A stretch of 64,000 nt of DNA, taken from positions 3,473-67,472 of IMG/VR virus record IMGVR_UViG_3300023175_000028; one strand, 5' to 3'. The translations under genes and the position numbers were made by a program. The notes under the pieces were generated by a model, which saw only the letters and a list, made by a program, of their open reading frames with translations, was not told where the DNA came from and did no database searches. Shown here in pieces: positions 1 through 7,241 of this stretch (position 1 is its first letter; every line of letters begins with the position of its first letter). This stretch comes from a virus.

Positions 1-112
1 GGACAAGCATAACATTGTTGCTGTCTACAATTACTTGATCGTCTATATCGTACTTAACACCTTTTCCGTAAATGTTACGTAGATTTGTATTTTGCGCTTT
101 AATAAGTCTCAT
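1..112 (-). CDS. Hypothetical protein, N-terminal part only (runs off the window), probably virion-associated
   Basis: ATG at 112-110 directly follows the stop of 113..454; reads MRLIKAQNTNLRNIYGKGVKYDIDDQVIVDSNNVMLV without a stop. Not in the ORF track. Confidence 0.7.
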   Translation of the reverse strand, partial: MRLIKAQNTNLRNIYGKGVKYDIDDQVIVDSNNVMLV

Positions 113-454
113 TTATACTTCCAAATAGCTTACTGTTGCTACTAAGTTTGTTGCGCCGCCACCAATATCTGGTTCTGCAACAAAACTTACTTTGTCACCA
201 GGTTCTAAAATAATTTTTTCACTGTCAAATGTAAATGTTTCACCGGCTGGTAAATCAAGTTCTTTAACAATTATTGTTTTAGTATTGCTTAAGGCTTCGC
301 CACTTTTAATCAAATGCATGTCAAAAGATGCCGAGTCTGTTGCGTGTGTATTACAAACCATAACTGTAGTAATAGCGTATCCGTTTTGTACACCGCCTGG
401 GACTGTTAAAAGATCTAATTGTGTTGTGTTTAATTGTGCGTTTTCTATTGCCAT
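113..454 (-). CDS. Hypothetical small beta-rich protein, probably virion structural
   Basis: 113-aa ORF with AAAGG RBS, in an operon with structural-looking neighbours. Confidence 0.6.
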   Translation of the reverse strand: MAIENAQLNTTQLDLLTVPGGVQNGYAITTVMVCNTHATDSASFDMHLIKSGEALSNTKTIIVKELDLPAGETFTFDSEKIILEPGDKVSFVAEPDIGGGATNLVATVSYLEV

Positions 455-465
455 CTTTTATACCT

Positions 466-1746
466 TTAAAATATCATACTAAACAACAAAGATCTATTTC
501 TACTTACAATCTCGTCGCTTGTATTGTTACTATTTACATAATATAGCCCTGTTTGGCCTGGTCCTTCGACTTTAGCATACATTTTAATACCTTCTACTGG
601 TGCTAAAGGATCAATTGCTAAATCGTTTTCATAAGGCGAAAAAGGTATTTCTAAATTATCATTAATTTTTACACTTCCAGTACCAGGTGCTCCTATTTCT
701 AAGTCTTGGTTACTTGAAGTTGTTGTAATTGCACTACCTTCAATTCTAATATCTTGCGTTTCAAATCTATCGTCATAAACATTAGTATTGTTTACACCGT
801 CTACAGTAATTTTAACCCTACTTGGTTCAAATCCTGTTTTTCTAACAGTACCTGAATTGATTACATAATTAGCAACATTTGCTCCTGTAGTATCAACATT
901 AACTCTAAATGCTGTAGCCGAAACAATTTCTGTTATTTGAATAGCTGTTCCATTCAAATTTTCAATTGCATCTCCGCTACTAACACCAAAGATATCTACA
1001 GTGTCAGCTGTATTAAATCCGTGCTGTCCTAATGTTTCTATTGTAGTTACACCATTTCCAGATGTTACAGAAACAATAGATCCTAAAGTATGCGTCTGGT
1101 CAATAATTTCTACACTTGTGTCACCTTCAGCAATCGTGTCATAAAATTCGTTAGCAAAAACATATTCAACGTAATCTTTAACTGCTTTAGCATTTGGAAT
1201 ATTATCATCATCGACAATAATTGCACCTGTAGTAGGATCTGGTGTAATAACACTATTTGCATAATTCCAAACTTTTTCTTCGTAGTTAACTGTGTTTGTA
1301 ACTGTAATTACGCCTGCACCTGTGTTTACATAAAGGTTACCTTGTGAAACAATTCCTGGAGTATTAATAGGAAGTTTTTGAGCACCAATTGTGCCTCTTC
1401 CTGTAATTGCATAAAATGTTCCTGTTCCTGAAGTACCGCCAAGGTCCCATGAAACTTGTTCATCGAATAACCATTCAGCATTTGGTAAATCACCACGATC
1501 AATTTCTATACCAGAAACATATCCTACACTTGCTGGTAATCCACTATCAGTTCCTGCGCTTAAAACAATTATGTTATCTGCAATAGTTACTACTGTTGAA
1601 TCAACTGTTGTAGTTGTACCTTTAACTTCTAAGTTACCTGTAATAACAGTATTTCCGACTAAGTCTCCGGTGTCAAGTTTTATTTCGCCGCCTGGTTGTA
1701 CAGCAACTTTGTAATTACTATTATATACTTTTACTACTCTTGACAT
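466..1746 (-). CDS. Virion structural / fibre-like protein
   Basis: 426 aa, Gly/Thr/Val/Asn-rich; ITGNLEVKGTTTTVDS and PNAKAVKDYV segments resemble those in the fibre protein at 47438. Confidence 0.6.
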   Translation of the reverse strand: MSRVVKVYNSNYKVAVQPGGEIKLDTGDLVGNTVITGNLEVKGTTTTVDSTVVTIADNIIVLSAGTDSGLPASVGYVSGIEIDRGDLPNAEWLFDEQVSWDLGGTSGTGTFYAITGRGTIGAQKLPINTPGIVSQGNLYVNTGAGVITVTNTVNYEEKVWNYANSVITPDPTTGAIIVDDDNIPNAKAVKDYVEYVFANEFYDTIAEGDTSVEIIDQTHTLGSIVSVTSGNGVTTIETLGQHGFNTADTVDIFGVSSGDAIENLNGTAIQITEIVSATAFRVNVDTTGANVANYVINSGTVRKTGFEPSRVKITVDGVNNTNVYDDRFETQDIRIEGSAITTTSSNQDLEIGAPGTGSVKINDNLEIPFSPYENDLAIDPLAPVEGIKMYAKVEGPGQTGLYYVNSNNTSDEIVSRNRSLLFSMIF

Positions 1747-1763
1747 TTAAAATTCCTTAGTAA

Positions 1764-1787
1764 ATTAGGGGAGTTGCCTCCCCTAAT
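1764..1787 (-). terminator. Intergenic hairpin (terminator or processing/stability stem)
   Basis: Perfect 10-bp stem ATTAGGGGAG/CTCCCCTAAT with GCAA loop on the minus strand; U-tract is weak. Confidence 0.55.
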
Positions 1788-1799
1788 ATATTTTTATCC

Positions 1800-2237
1800 T
1801 TACGGAGCGTCTACTGGATCGTCTGATTCAAAGTCGTCTGCATCTGGTGCGCCGTCAACGTTATCAATAGTTGCATCGTCACCTGCTTCTTCCATTTCAA
1901 CTGCGCCGTCAGATGTGCTGTCTGACATATTCCAAGCAATAGTTGCTCCTGTATCAAGCGTAACTTTACGTCCTGCAATTTTAGTTACTTGACGAGCAGT
2001 GCCGCCGTCGTCTTTAACTGTGATAGTCATTTCATCTGCACCTAAAGCGGCAGATGCTTTGTCTACTAAGAAACAATCCTTAGTTGTAGTACCGTCAGTT
2101 ACACGAAACTTTTTAGATCCTAACTGCTTTACGATCCATCCGTTTACTGATGCAGAACCATCATAGAATTGTACTTTGATTTCTTCGCCGCCTGCTGTAG
2201 GTGGTCCAAAATATCTTTTATTAAGTGGTCTTCCCAT
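1800..2237 (-). CDS. Hypothetical late protein with acidic C-terminus
   Basis: 145-aa ORF, AGGAGA RBS, GATAAATA late-promoter motif at 2341-2348. Confidence 0.7.
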   Translation of the reverse strand: MGRPLNKRYFGPPTAGGEEIKVQFYDGSASVNGWIVKQLGSKKFRVTDGTTTKDCFLVDKASAALGADEMTITVKDDGGTARQVTKIAGRKVTLDTGATIAWNMSDSTSDGAVEMEEAGDDATIDNVDGAPDADDFESDDPVDAP

Positions 2238-2340
2238 TTGTTTTCTCCTATATAAGTAGTCCTATCCGGGTTCTATCCGGTACGCTGTGGGTTAAACAGC
2301 ATAAGTCCGCCACATGATGCGGCTCGCTATCTGACATATG
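2238..2340 (-). promoter_or_regulatory. Structured 5' leader with three hairpins
   Basis: Stems CCGC/GCGG, GCTGT/ACAGC and CCGG/CCGG lie between the late promoter motif and the RBS; GC-rich relative to the genome. Confidence 0.5.
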
Positions 2341-2355
2341 TATTTATCAAAAGAG

Positions 2356-2390
2356 AAAAAAGGCTTACAAAGTTTCCCTTGTAAGCCTTT
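2356..2390 (-). terminator. Rho-independent terminator of the putative ncRNA
   Basis: AAAGGCTTACAA/TTGTAAGCCTTT stem followed by a T-run on the minus strand. Confidence 0.8.
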
Positions 2391-2397
2391 AATTGGA

Positions 2398-2615
2398 ATA
2401 AGCAAAATAGGGAGGATTCGGTTATACCTCCAACCCCTCGCCGCAGATACCATTCTGAAACCAGGGAGCCTGTTTCCGCTCGGTAGAGCGATGTGACACA
2501 GCGTATTTCTACTACCACGCCTGGGTACCACCCCTAAACAGCCAAGTTCGACGCTCTGGTAAACGCCTCTTCCTTGCACTATATACATTGGACCGCTAAA
2601 TCCTTTGTAGCTTAT
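2398..2615 (-). ncRNA. Putative ~218-nt structured non-coding RNA, family not recognised
   Basis: Own sigma70-type promoter and terminator; ends are complementary (AUAAGC/GCUUAU, AGGAUU/AAUCCU, CGGU/ACCG); nested stems ACCAG/CUGGU, CUGUUU/AAACAG, CGCUC/GAGCG, GCGU/ACGC; GC-rich; no ORF with a credible RBS. Confidence 0.65.
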
Positions 2616-2621
2616 GTATAC

Positions 2622-2649
2622 ACTATAACATCTTTTATAGTTATGTCAA
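2622..2649 (-). promoter_or_regulatory. Sigma70-type promoter for the putative ncRNA
   Basis: TTGACA-N16-TATAGT with a TGn extended -10; predicted start near 2615. Confidence 0.7.
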
Positions 2650-2747
2650 CCAGAAAAATACATTTTTTTTAAAAAAATGTCATTTATTTTTTTGATGTGG
2701 TGCTGTCTGATTAGTTGCTTGTAGCACCAAAGGGTATAGTTACTCAT
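2646..2747 (-). CDS. 33-aa peptide downstream of the glutamine riboswitch (MSNYTLWCYKQLIRQHHIKKINDIFLKKMYFSG)
   Basis: Strong RBS AGGAGGAG just before the ATG at 2747; stop TGA at 2648-2646; below the ORF-track size cutoff. Confidence 0.65.
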   Translation of the reverse strand: MSNYTLWCYKQLIRQHHIKKINDIFLKKMYFSG

Positions 2748-2774
2748 ACACTCCTCCTATTTAAAGGGTTAAAG

Positions 2775-2820
2775 TGCGTTCCTTCGCAATATGCTACTTC
2801 CGGCCGTTGGGCTGAACGTA
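2775..2820 (-). promoter_or_regulatory. Glutamine riboswitch (glnA RNA motif), minimal form
   Basis: UACGUUCA-GCC(CAAC)GGC-CGGAAGUA-GCA(UAU)UGC-GAAGGAACGCA: P1 CGUUC/GAACG, two short hairpins, and the GGAAGUA and GAAG E-loop strands of the glnA consensus. Confidence 0.85.
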
Positions 2821-2836
2821 ATATTATTTATCATTG

Positions 2837-2856
2837 AAAACCCGCCGAAGCGGGTT
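2837..2856 (-). terminator. Rho-independent terminator after pqqA
   Basis: AACCCGC-TTCG-GCGGGTT then TT on the minus strand (cUUCGg tetraloop). Confidence 0.8.
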
Positions 2857-2873
2857 ATTTGTAGTCTTGCGTT

Positions 2874-2945
2874 CTACTTGTTCATTACATACATTGTAAC
2901 TTCAAATCCAAAACGCATTTCTGTAAAAGTTGGTGTTGTCCACAT
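2874..2945 (-). CDS. pqqA: Coenzyme PQQ precursor peptide PqqA (MWTTPTFTEMRFGFEVTMYVMNK)
   Basis: 23-aa ORF with MW..P start and G-x-E-V-T-x-Y motif (E-x3-Y, the residues that form PQQ); RBS GAAAGGAGA; own terminator. Not in the ORF track. Confidence 0.93.
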   Translation of the reverse strand: MWTTPTFTEMRFGFEVTMYVMNK

Positions 2946-3019
2946 ATGCTTTCTCCTTTCACTTATTATTTAAACACAAATAAAAGCAAAAGTCATACGT
3001 ATAATCATTAAAAGGTCAT

Positions 3020-3049
3020 AAAAAAAGGGCAGTGTTGCCACTGCCCTTT
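3020..3049 (-). terminator. Rho-independent terminator of the major capsid gene
   Basis: AAAGGGCAGTG-GCAA-CACTGCCCTTT followed by a T-run on the minus strand. Confidence 0.85.
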
Positions 3050-3075
3050 AATTTTGTTATACTACTAAGTAGATC

Positions 3076-4236
3076 TTAGCTGAATGAAACGTTACCGTTA
3101 TCAATTCCAACAAGACCTAAGTAGTCAGCCGCGTTACCAAGTGAAGACGCAGTGTTTGACAACTCAACATAACCATAACGTGTCATAAATGATACGACTG
3201 GCTCGAATGATGATGGGTCAAGTACTGTTCCTGAGCTCATTAGCGGAATGTATGGGCAATAGAACGCTGCCGCATCTGATTCGCTTGAACCTTTGTAACC
3301 GATCAATACTGGTGCATTGTCTGCTGAGTAAGTATTAACGTATACTTTCATTGCGTTGTTTAAAGTACCAACCATCTTAGTGTTAGTAGGTGCTTCAAAT
3401 GTACCTTCAGTTGTACGAGCGAACGCTGAAGTAGTTGCTGACTGAAGAATTGTTAGCGCGAATGGCGAAACAACTGCCCAGTTACCAGCACCACGTCTTG
3501 TACGCTGTGCAATTAAGTTACTTACGCGGTTGATTTGAACTGCCAATGCGGCATGCTCGTCACCAACGAAAGTAGCTGTACCACTTACAGCCGCTTGGTC
3601 GTAAGTTTCAGCCGCTGTACCAGCAAGTGTTTGCAATGAAGCAAGTACTTCCTGATCAATTTCAGCAGTAATTTCTTGAGCAAGAGCAGCCATGATTTCT
3701 GCTTCAACATCAATACCGTGCATTGACTGAGCATCTTGTGCCGCTTCAAATGTCCAACGAGCACTCAACTTACGAGTTTTCGCTTCGACAGTTTGTTTCA
3801 AGATTTGAATTGACATTCTGTTACCAGCTTGTCCTTCAAGTGATGCAGTTGCATCTGCTTTACCGCTTGCGTTACCTGAATACGCTTCAGCAATTTTGAA
3901 TGGGCTTAGAGCCTCTTCACCTGCTGTAGCACCATTTGCTGTGTCGCTGTAACGAACACGTAGCGTATGGATCTGGCCCACAGGACCAGTCATTGGCTGT
4001 ACGCCTACCAACTCGTTAGCAATAACTGTTGGCATTACACGTCTGATCACTGGAAGGATCACACGATTTAGTGTTGCAACATTACCGGCAGAAGTAGCAC
4101 CTGCGGTTGCACTCTCTGACAAATACTTGCGTGTATTTTCAAGAGTTGTTTCCATTACCGCTTTTTTGTTACCTTGTAGGCCTTCAACAAGTGCTTGCTT
4201 AGTGTCCTGCCAGCGGCTTTCTAATAGTTCTGACAT
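3076..4236 (-). CDS. gp23: Major capsid protein, T4 gp23-like
   Basis: GVQPMTGPVGQI, KTRKLSARWTFEAAQD, EITAEIDQE, FYCPYIPL and MTRYG are gp23-family motifs. Confidence 0.96.
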   Translation of the reverse strand: MSELLESRWQDTKQALVEGLQGNKKAVMETTLENTRKYLSESATAGATSAGNVATLNRVILPVIRRVMPTVIANELVGVQPMTGPVGQIHTLRVRYSDTANGATAGEEALSPFKIAEAYSGNASGKADATASLEGQAGNRMSIQILKQTVEAKTRKLSARWTFEAAQDAQSMHGIDVEAEIMAALAQEITAEIDQEVLASLQTLAGTAAETYDQAAVSGTATFVGDEHAALAVQINRVSNLIAQRTRRGAGNWAVVSPFALTILQSATTSAFARTTEGTFEAPTNTKMVGTLNNAMKVYVNTYSADNAPVLIGYKGSSESDAAAFYCPYIPLMSSGTVLDPSSFEPVVSFMTRYGYVELSNTASSLGNAADYLGLVGIDNGNVSFS

Positions 4237-4255
4237 TTTGGTTTTCTCCTATATT

Positions 4256-5347
4256 TTATAAACCTGCTAATCGACGAAGCTCAACTACGTTTTCGTCTTT
4301 TGCGTTTTTTTCTGTGACACTTGCGTCACGATTGCCTGTTACTTCTTTTGCCTCTGATAGTATTGCCTTCTGCTTGGCTGGACCTTTACCGTCAATAACT
4401 GCCGGTAGATATTTGTCAAACGCAGATTGTAGTCTGCTTGTTTGTACTGATTCCAGTAAGTCTGTCATAATATCTTTTTGTTCCTTTGATAAAGGATCAA
4501 TTAGACTATTAATTGTTTCTTTGCGCTCAACTGATTCAATCAACTTCTGCTTTTCAGCTTCTTTTGATTCTGCTATTTTCTTAGCTTTTTCAGCAAGTAC
4601 TTTTGCTTCTGATAGTTGTTTTTCTTTAATGTCAACAACTTTCATTAGCTTCGCTACTTCTGATTTCTCATTTAAGTAGCTGTTTGCATATTCGTTGCTA
4701 AATGCTTCAAATAGTCTGCGACCAAAGTCGTTTTGACGAGCTGATTCGATATCTTCTTTCAGTGAGCTAATTTCTCTGTTAAGAGACTTGCTAACTGTTT
4801 CTGATACTGCTTCAGCACTGCGCTTAATGAAGTTCTTTTGAACTTCAGCAAATTTAGTTTTTGCTTCTCTGATAAGTCTAACTTTAGTTTCAGCTAAGTC
4901 TTTCTTATCTTCATAGAACTCTGCAATTTCTTTCGATAGTGCTTCTACAACAAATTCTTCAAGTTTAGCAAATTTATTTGCCATATCTTTCTGATCGTTG
5001 TGTAATTCTGAAACTTCTTCGCTTAATTGCTTAGTAACAAATTTCTGTAGTAACTTTGCATTTTCACGCATTGCTACTGCATATTTTGCTTTTGCTTCTG
5101 CAAGCTGTTTGCGATCATCTGCAAACTCAGCAATTTCTTCTGCAAGACGCTCGGAAAGCATAGTGTCAATTGCTTCAACCATAGTTTTTTTATCGTGCTC
5201 GTATTTTTGTGCAAATTCTTCACGAAGTTCAGCAGTTACCTGCTGTTTGTTTTCTTTGATTTTAGCATTCCAAGCTTCTTCAATTTCAGAACGCACTTCT
5301 TCGGAAACTACATCGTTTTCAAAAAGTGTTTTTAGTGCATCCAACAT
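4256..5347 (-). CDS. gp22: Prohead core scaffold protein, gp22-like
   Basis: Glu/Lys-rich coiled coil with many LxE/IxE sites, between protease and capsid genes. Confidence 0.8.
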   Translation of the reverse strand: MLDALKTLFENDVVSEEVRSEIEEAWNAKIKENKQQVTAELREEFAQKYEHDKKTMVEAIDTMLSERLAEEIAEFADDRKQLAEAKAKYAVAMRENAKLLQKFVTKQLSEEVSELHNDQKDMANKFAKLEEFVVEALSKEIAEFYEDKKDLAETKVRLIREAKTKFAEVQKNFIKRSAEAVSETVSKSLNREISSLKEDIESARQNDFGRRLFEAFSNEYANSYLNEKSEVAKLMKVVDIKEKQLSEAKVLAEKAKKIAESKEAEKQKLIESVERKETINSLIDPLSKEQKDIMTDLLESVQTSRLQSAFDKYLPAVIDGKGPAKQKAILSEAKEVTGNRDASVTEKNAKDENVVELRRLAGL

Positions 5348-5361
5348 GTTTATCTCTCCTT

Positions 5362-5997
5362 TTATTGGAGTCTACTGATTATATTAATCAGCGATTCTTT
5401 TAAATATTTTTGTGCCTTTGCGTCTTCTTTAGTCGCCTGTGCTAATTCGTATGCCTTATACCCACCACGAGTATTCATTAGATGCTCGTAAATAGGCGTA
5501 GGATACGCCCCCGGAGCACTTGGTTGAGCAACGACATCAACGGTGATAATTTCAAAATCTGAAACTTCACCGCTGCCGTCCTCTTTAACATTACCGCTAC
5601 CTCTTGAAGAGACGCCTAATTTAACACCACTTTGTATCATAGTGCTAACTAATTGCCCCATTGGGGTAGGTAAAATTTTTAACTTGCCGTAGCCGTTTGG
5701 GCCATCCATCCACATTTCTGTAATCATATGGCTTACACGATCTAAGTTAATGTTAAGTCCTTCTGGATGATCCACTTCGCCGAGAACACTATAACCTCCG
5801 CTTACTTGATCGTTGAGAGTTTTGACAGCCCTACCAATTTCATTTACAGGATATACACGTTGGTTTGCATTACGCACACCGCCTTGTATGCAAATACCTT
5901 TCATAAAAAGGTCTTTGCCACCTGTAGCATTATCGGTAGACTCTACGACCATTCCTGCTTGGTCAAATGTCAAATGCTCTCGTAAGAAATTATTCAT
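5362..5997 (-). CDS. gp21: Prohead protease, gp21-like
   Basis: NANQRVYP, GEVDHP, RVSH, LGVSSRGSG and DVVAQPSAPGAYP motifs. Confidence 0.95.
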   Translation of the reverse strand: MNNFLREHLTFDQAGMVVESTDNATGGKDLFMKGICIQGGVRNANQRVYPVNEIGRAVKTLNDQVSGGYSVLGEVDHPEGLNINLDRVSHMITEMWMDGPNGYGKLKILPTPMGQLVSTMIQSGVKLGVSSRGSGNVKEDGSGEVSDFEIITVDVVAQPSAPGAYPTPIYEHLMNTRGGYKAYELAQATKEDAKAQKYLKESLINIISRLQ

Positions 5998-6007
5998 CCT
6001 TTAGTCC

Positions 6008-7135
6008 TTACTTAGCGCGAGTGCTTACATTATTAAGTGTGCTACCTGCGCCTTTATCTGCAGATTCTGGCTTACCTTTTTTCTCAGCGCCATGTCCTGC
6101 TGGCTGGTTCTTCATCGACTTCGATGCTTTACCGCCTGGTACATTTACGTTACCAGCATTATCTTCTTTTGTTGAAGGTTGTGATAGTCCGCCTTGTGTA
6201 CCGCCACTGCCTCCGTCTGCACCTTGTGCAATATTGGAAGCTGTACCGCCCATGTCGTTAGCGCCTGCTACTGCTGACTTTGTGCTTTTATCGCCATCGT
6301 CACCCATTGAAGCATTTACTTTTTCGACATATTCTCTCATTGTTTCGCTTACAGATTTTTCAGCTTTTTTATCTGTGCTTTTATCTGCTTTTGGATCTGC
6401 AACTTTCTTTTCGTCTTTCTTTTTAGGATCAACTTTTTCTTTTGCTTCAAACGCAAATGACTCATCTTCTGATTCTTCATCATCGCCTTCGTCATCCATG
6501 TCCATGTCCATGTCCATGTCGTCGCCGCCTTCGTCGTCGCCGCCTTCTTTATCCATTAGCTCAGCAAATTCTTGTTGTAATTGGTCTAAAGCATCTTCAA
6601 GGTCTTCAATACGATCTTCTACGTCACCTTCGTCGCCGTCCATGTCATCCATGTCGTCGCCGCCCATGTCCATATCTAAATCGTCGCCTGCATCTCCGCC
6701 CATCATAGGATCTTCGTCACCCATGTCCATTGGATCTGCTTCAACTTCAAACTCATCAAGATCAAAGTCTTCTTCTAAGTCGTCATCGTCTGACTCATCA
6801 ACTTCGTCTTCGTCTTCTTTTACTTTAGCTGGCTTTTTAGCCATTGCTGGAGGTGCTTTTTTACCTTTTACACCAGTTGCTTTTCCGCCAGTAGCATCGC
6901 CCACTTCGCCTTCGTCTTCGCCGTCAGCATTTTTTTGTGGTTTACCGTCGCTACCGCGTGTTCCATCATCTGGACCAGCTTCATCAATATCTTCATCTTC
7001 CTCTTCAGCAAGTAGATTTTCGTAAATATCACGTGATTTTTCTACCACGATTTCGTGGAAAAGCTCTTCAGCGCCTTCCTTGTCTTCGTTAACAAGACGC
7101 TCGAGCATTTCTTCAAATTTGGTTAGATCTGCCAT
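6008..7135 (-). CDS. Highly acidic low-complexity prohead core-like protein
   Basis: 375 aa, Asp/Glu/Met/Gly-rich; sits where T4 has its small core proteins, between portal and protease; CTAAATA late motif at 7181-7187. Confidence 0.65.
   Translation of the reverse strand: MADLTKFEEMLERLVNEDKEGAEELFHEIVVEKSRDIYENLLAEEEDEDIDEAGPDDGTRGSDGKPQKNADGEDEGEVGDATGGKATGVKGKKAPPAMAKKPAKVKEDEDEVDESDDDDLEEDFDLDEFEVEADPMDMGDEDPMMGGDAGDDLDMDMGGDDMDDMDGDEGDVEDRIEDLEDALDQLQQEFAELMDKEGGDDEGGDDMDMDMDMDDEGDDEESEDESFAFEAKEKVDPKKKDEKKVADPKADKSTDKKAEKSVSETMREYVEKVNASMGDDGDKSTKSAVAGANDMGGTASNIAQGADGGSGGTQGGLSQPSTKEDNAGNVNVPGGKASKSMKNQPAGHGAEKKGKPESADKGAGSTLNNVSTRAK
6494..6520. repeat. Coding hexamer tandem repeat (TCCATG)n giving DMDMDMDM
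   Basis: About four direct copies of TCCATG inside the acidic ORF. Confidence 0.8.
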
Positions 7136-7241
7136 TTTTTTCTCCTATAAATGTTTTACCTATGGTAAGGCTGTCAATATTATTTAGTTATATGAAGAAA
7201 ATATGCGTAGATATAGGCTATTTTTACGCCGTTTTGATAAT

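Noticed and set aside
2292-2588. 98-aa and 63-aa minus-strand ORFs in the ORF track
   Set aside because: They cross a strong terminator and a promoter motif, have no credible RBS and have atypical composition; structured RNA explains the region better.
2791-2973. 60-aa plus-strand ORF
   Set aside because: It is the antisense shadow of pqqA, its terminator and the riboswitch.
5967-7025. 352-aa Ser-rich plus-strand ORF
   Set aside because: Antisense shadow of the Asp/Glu-rich gene; low-complexity codons lack stops on the other strand.
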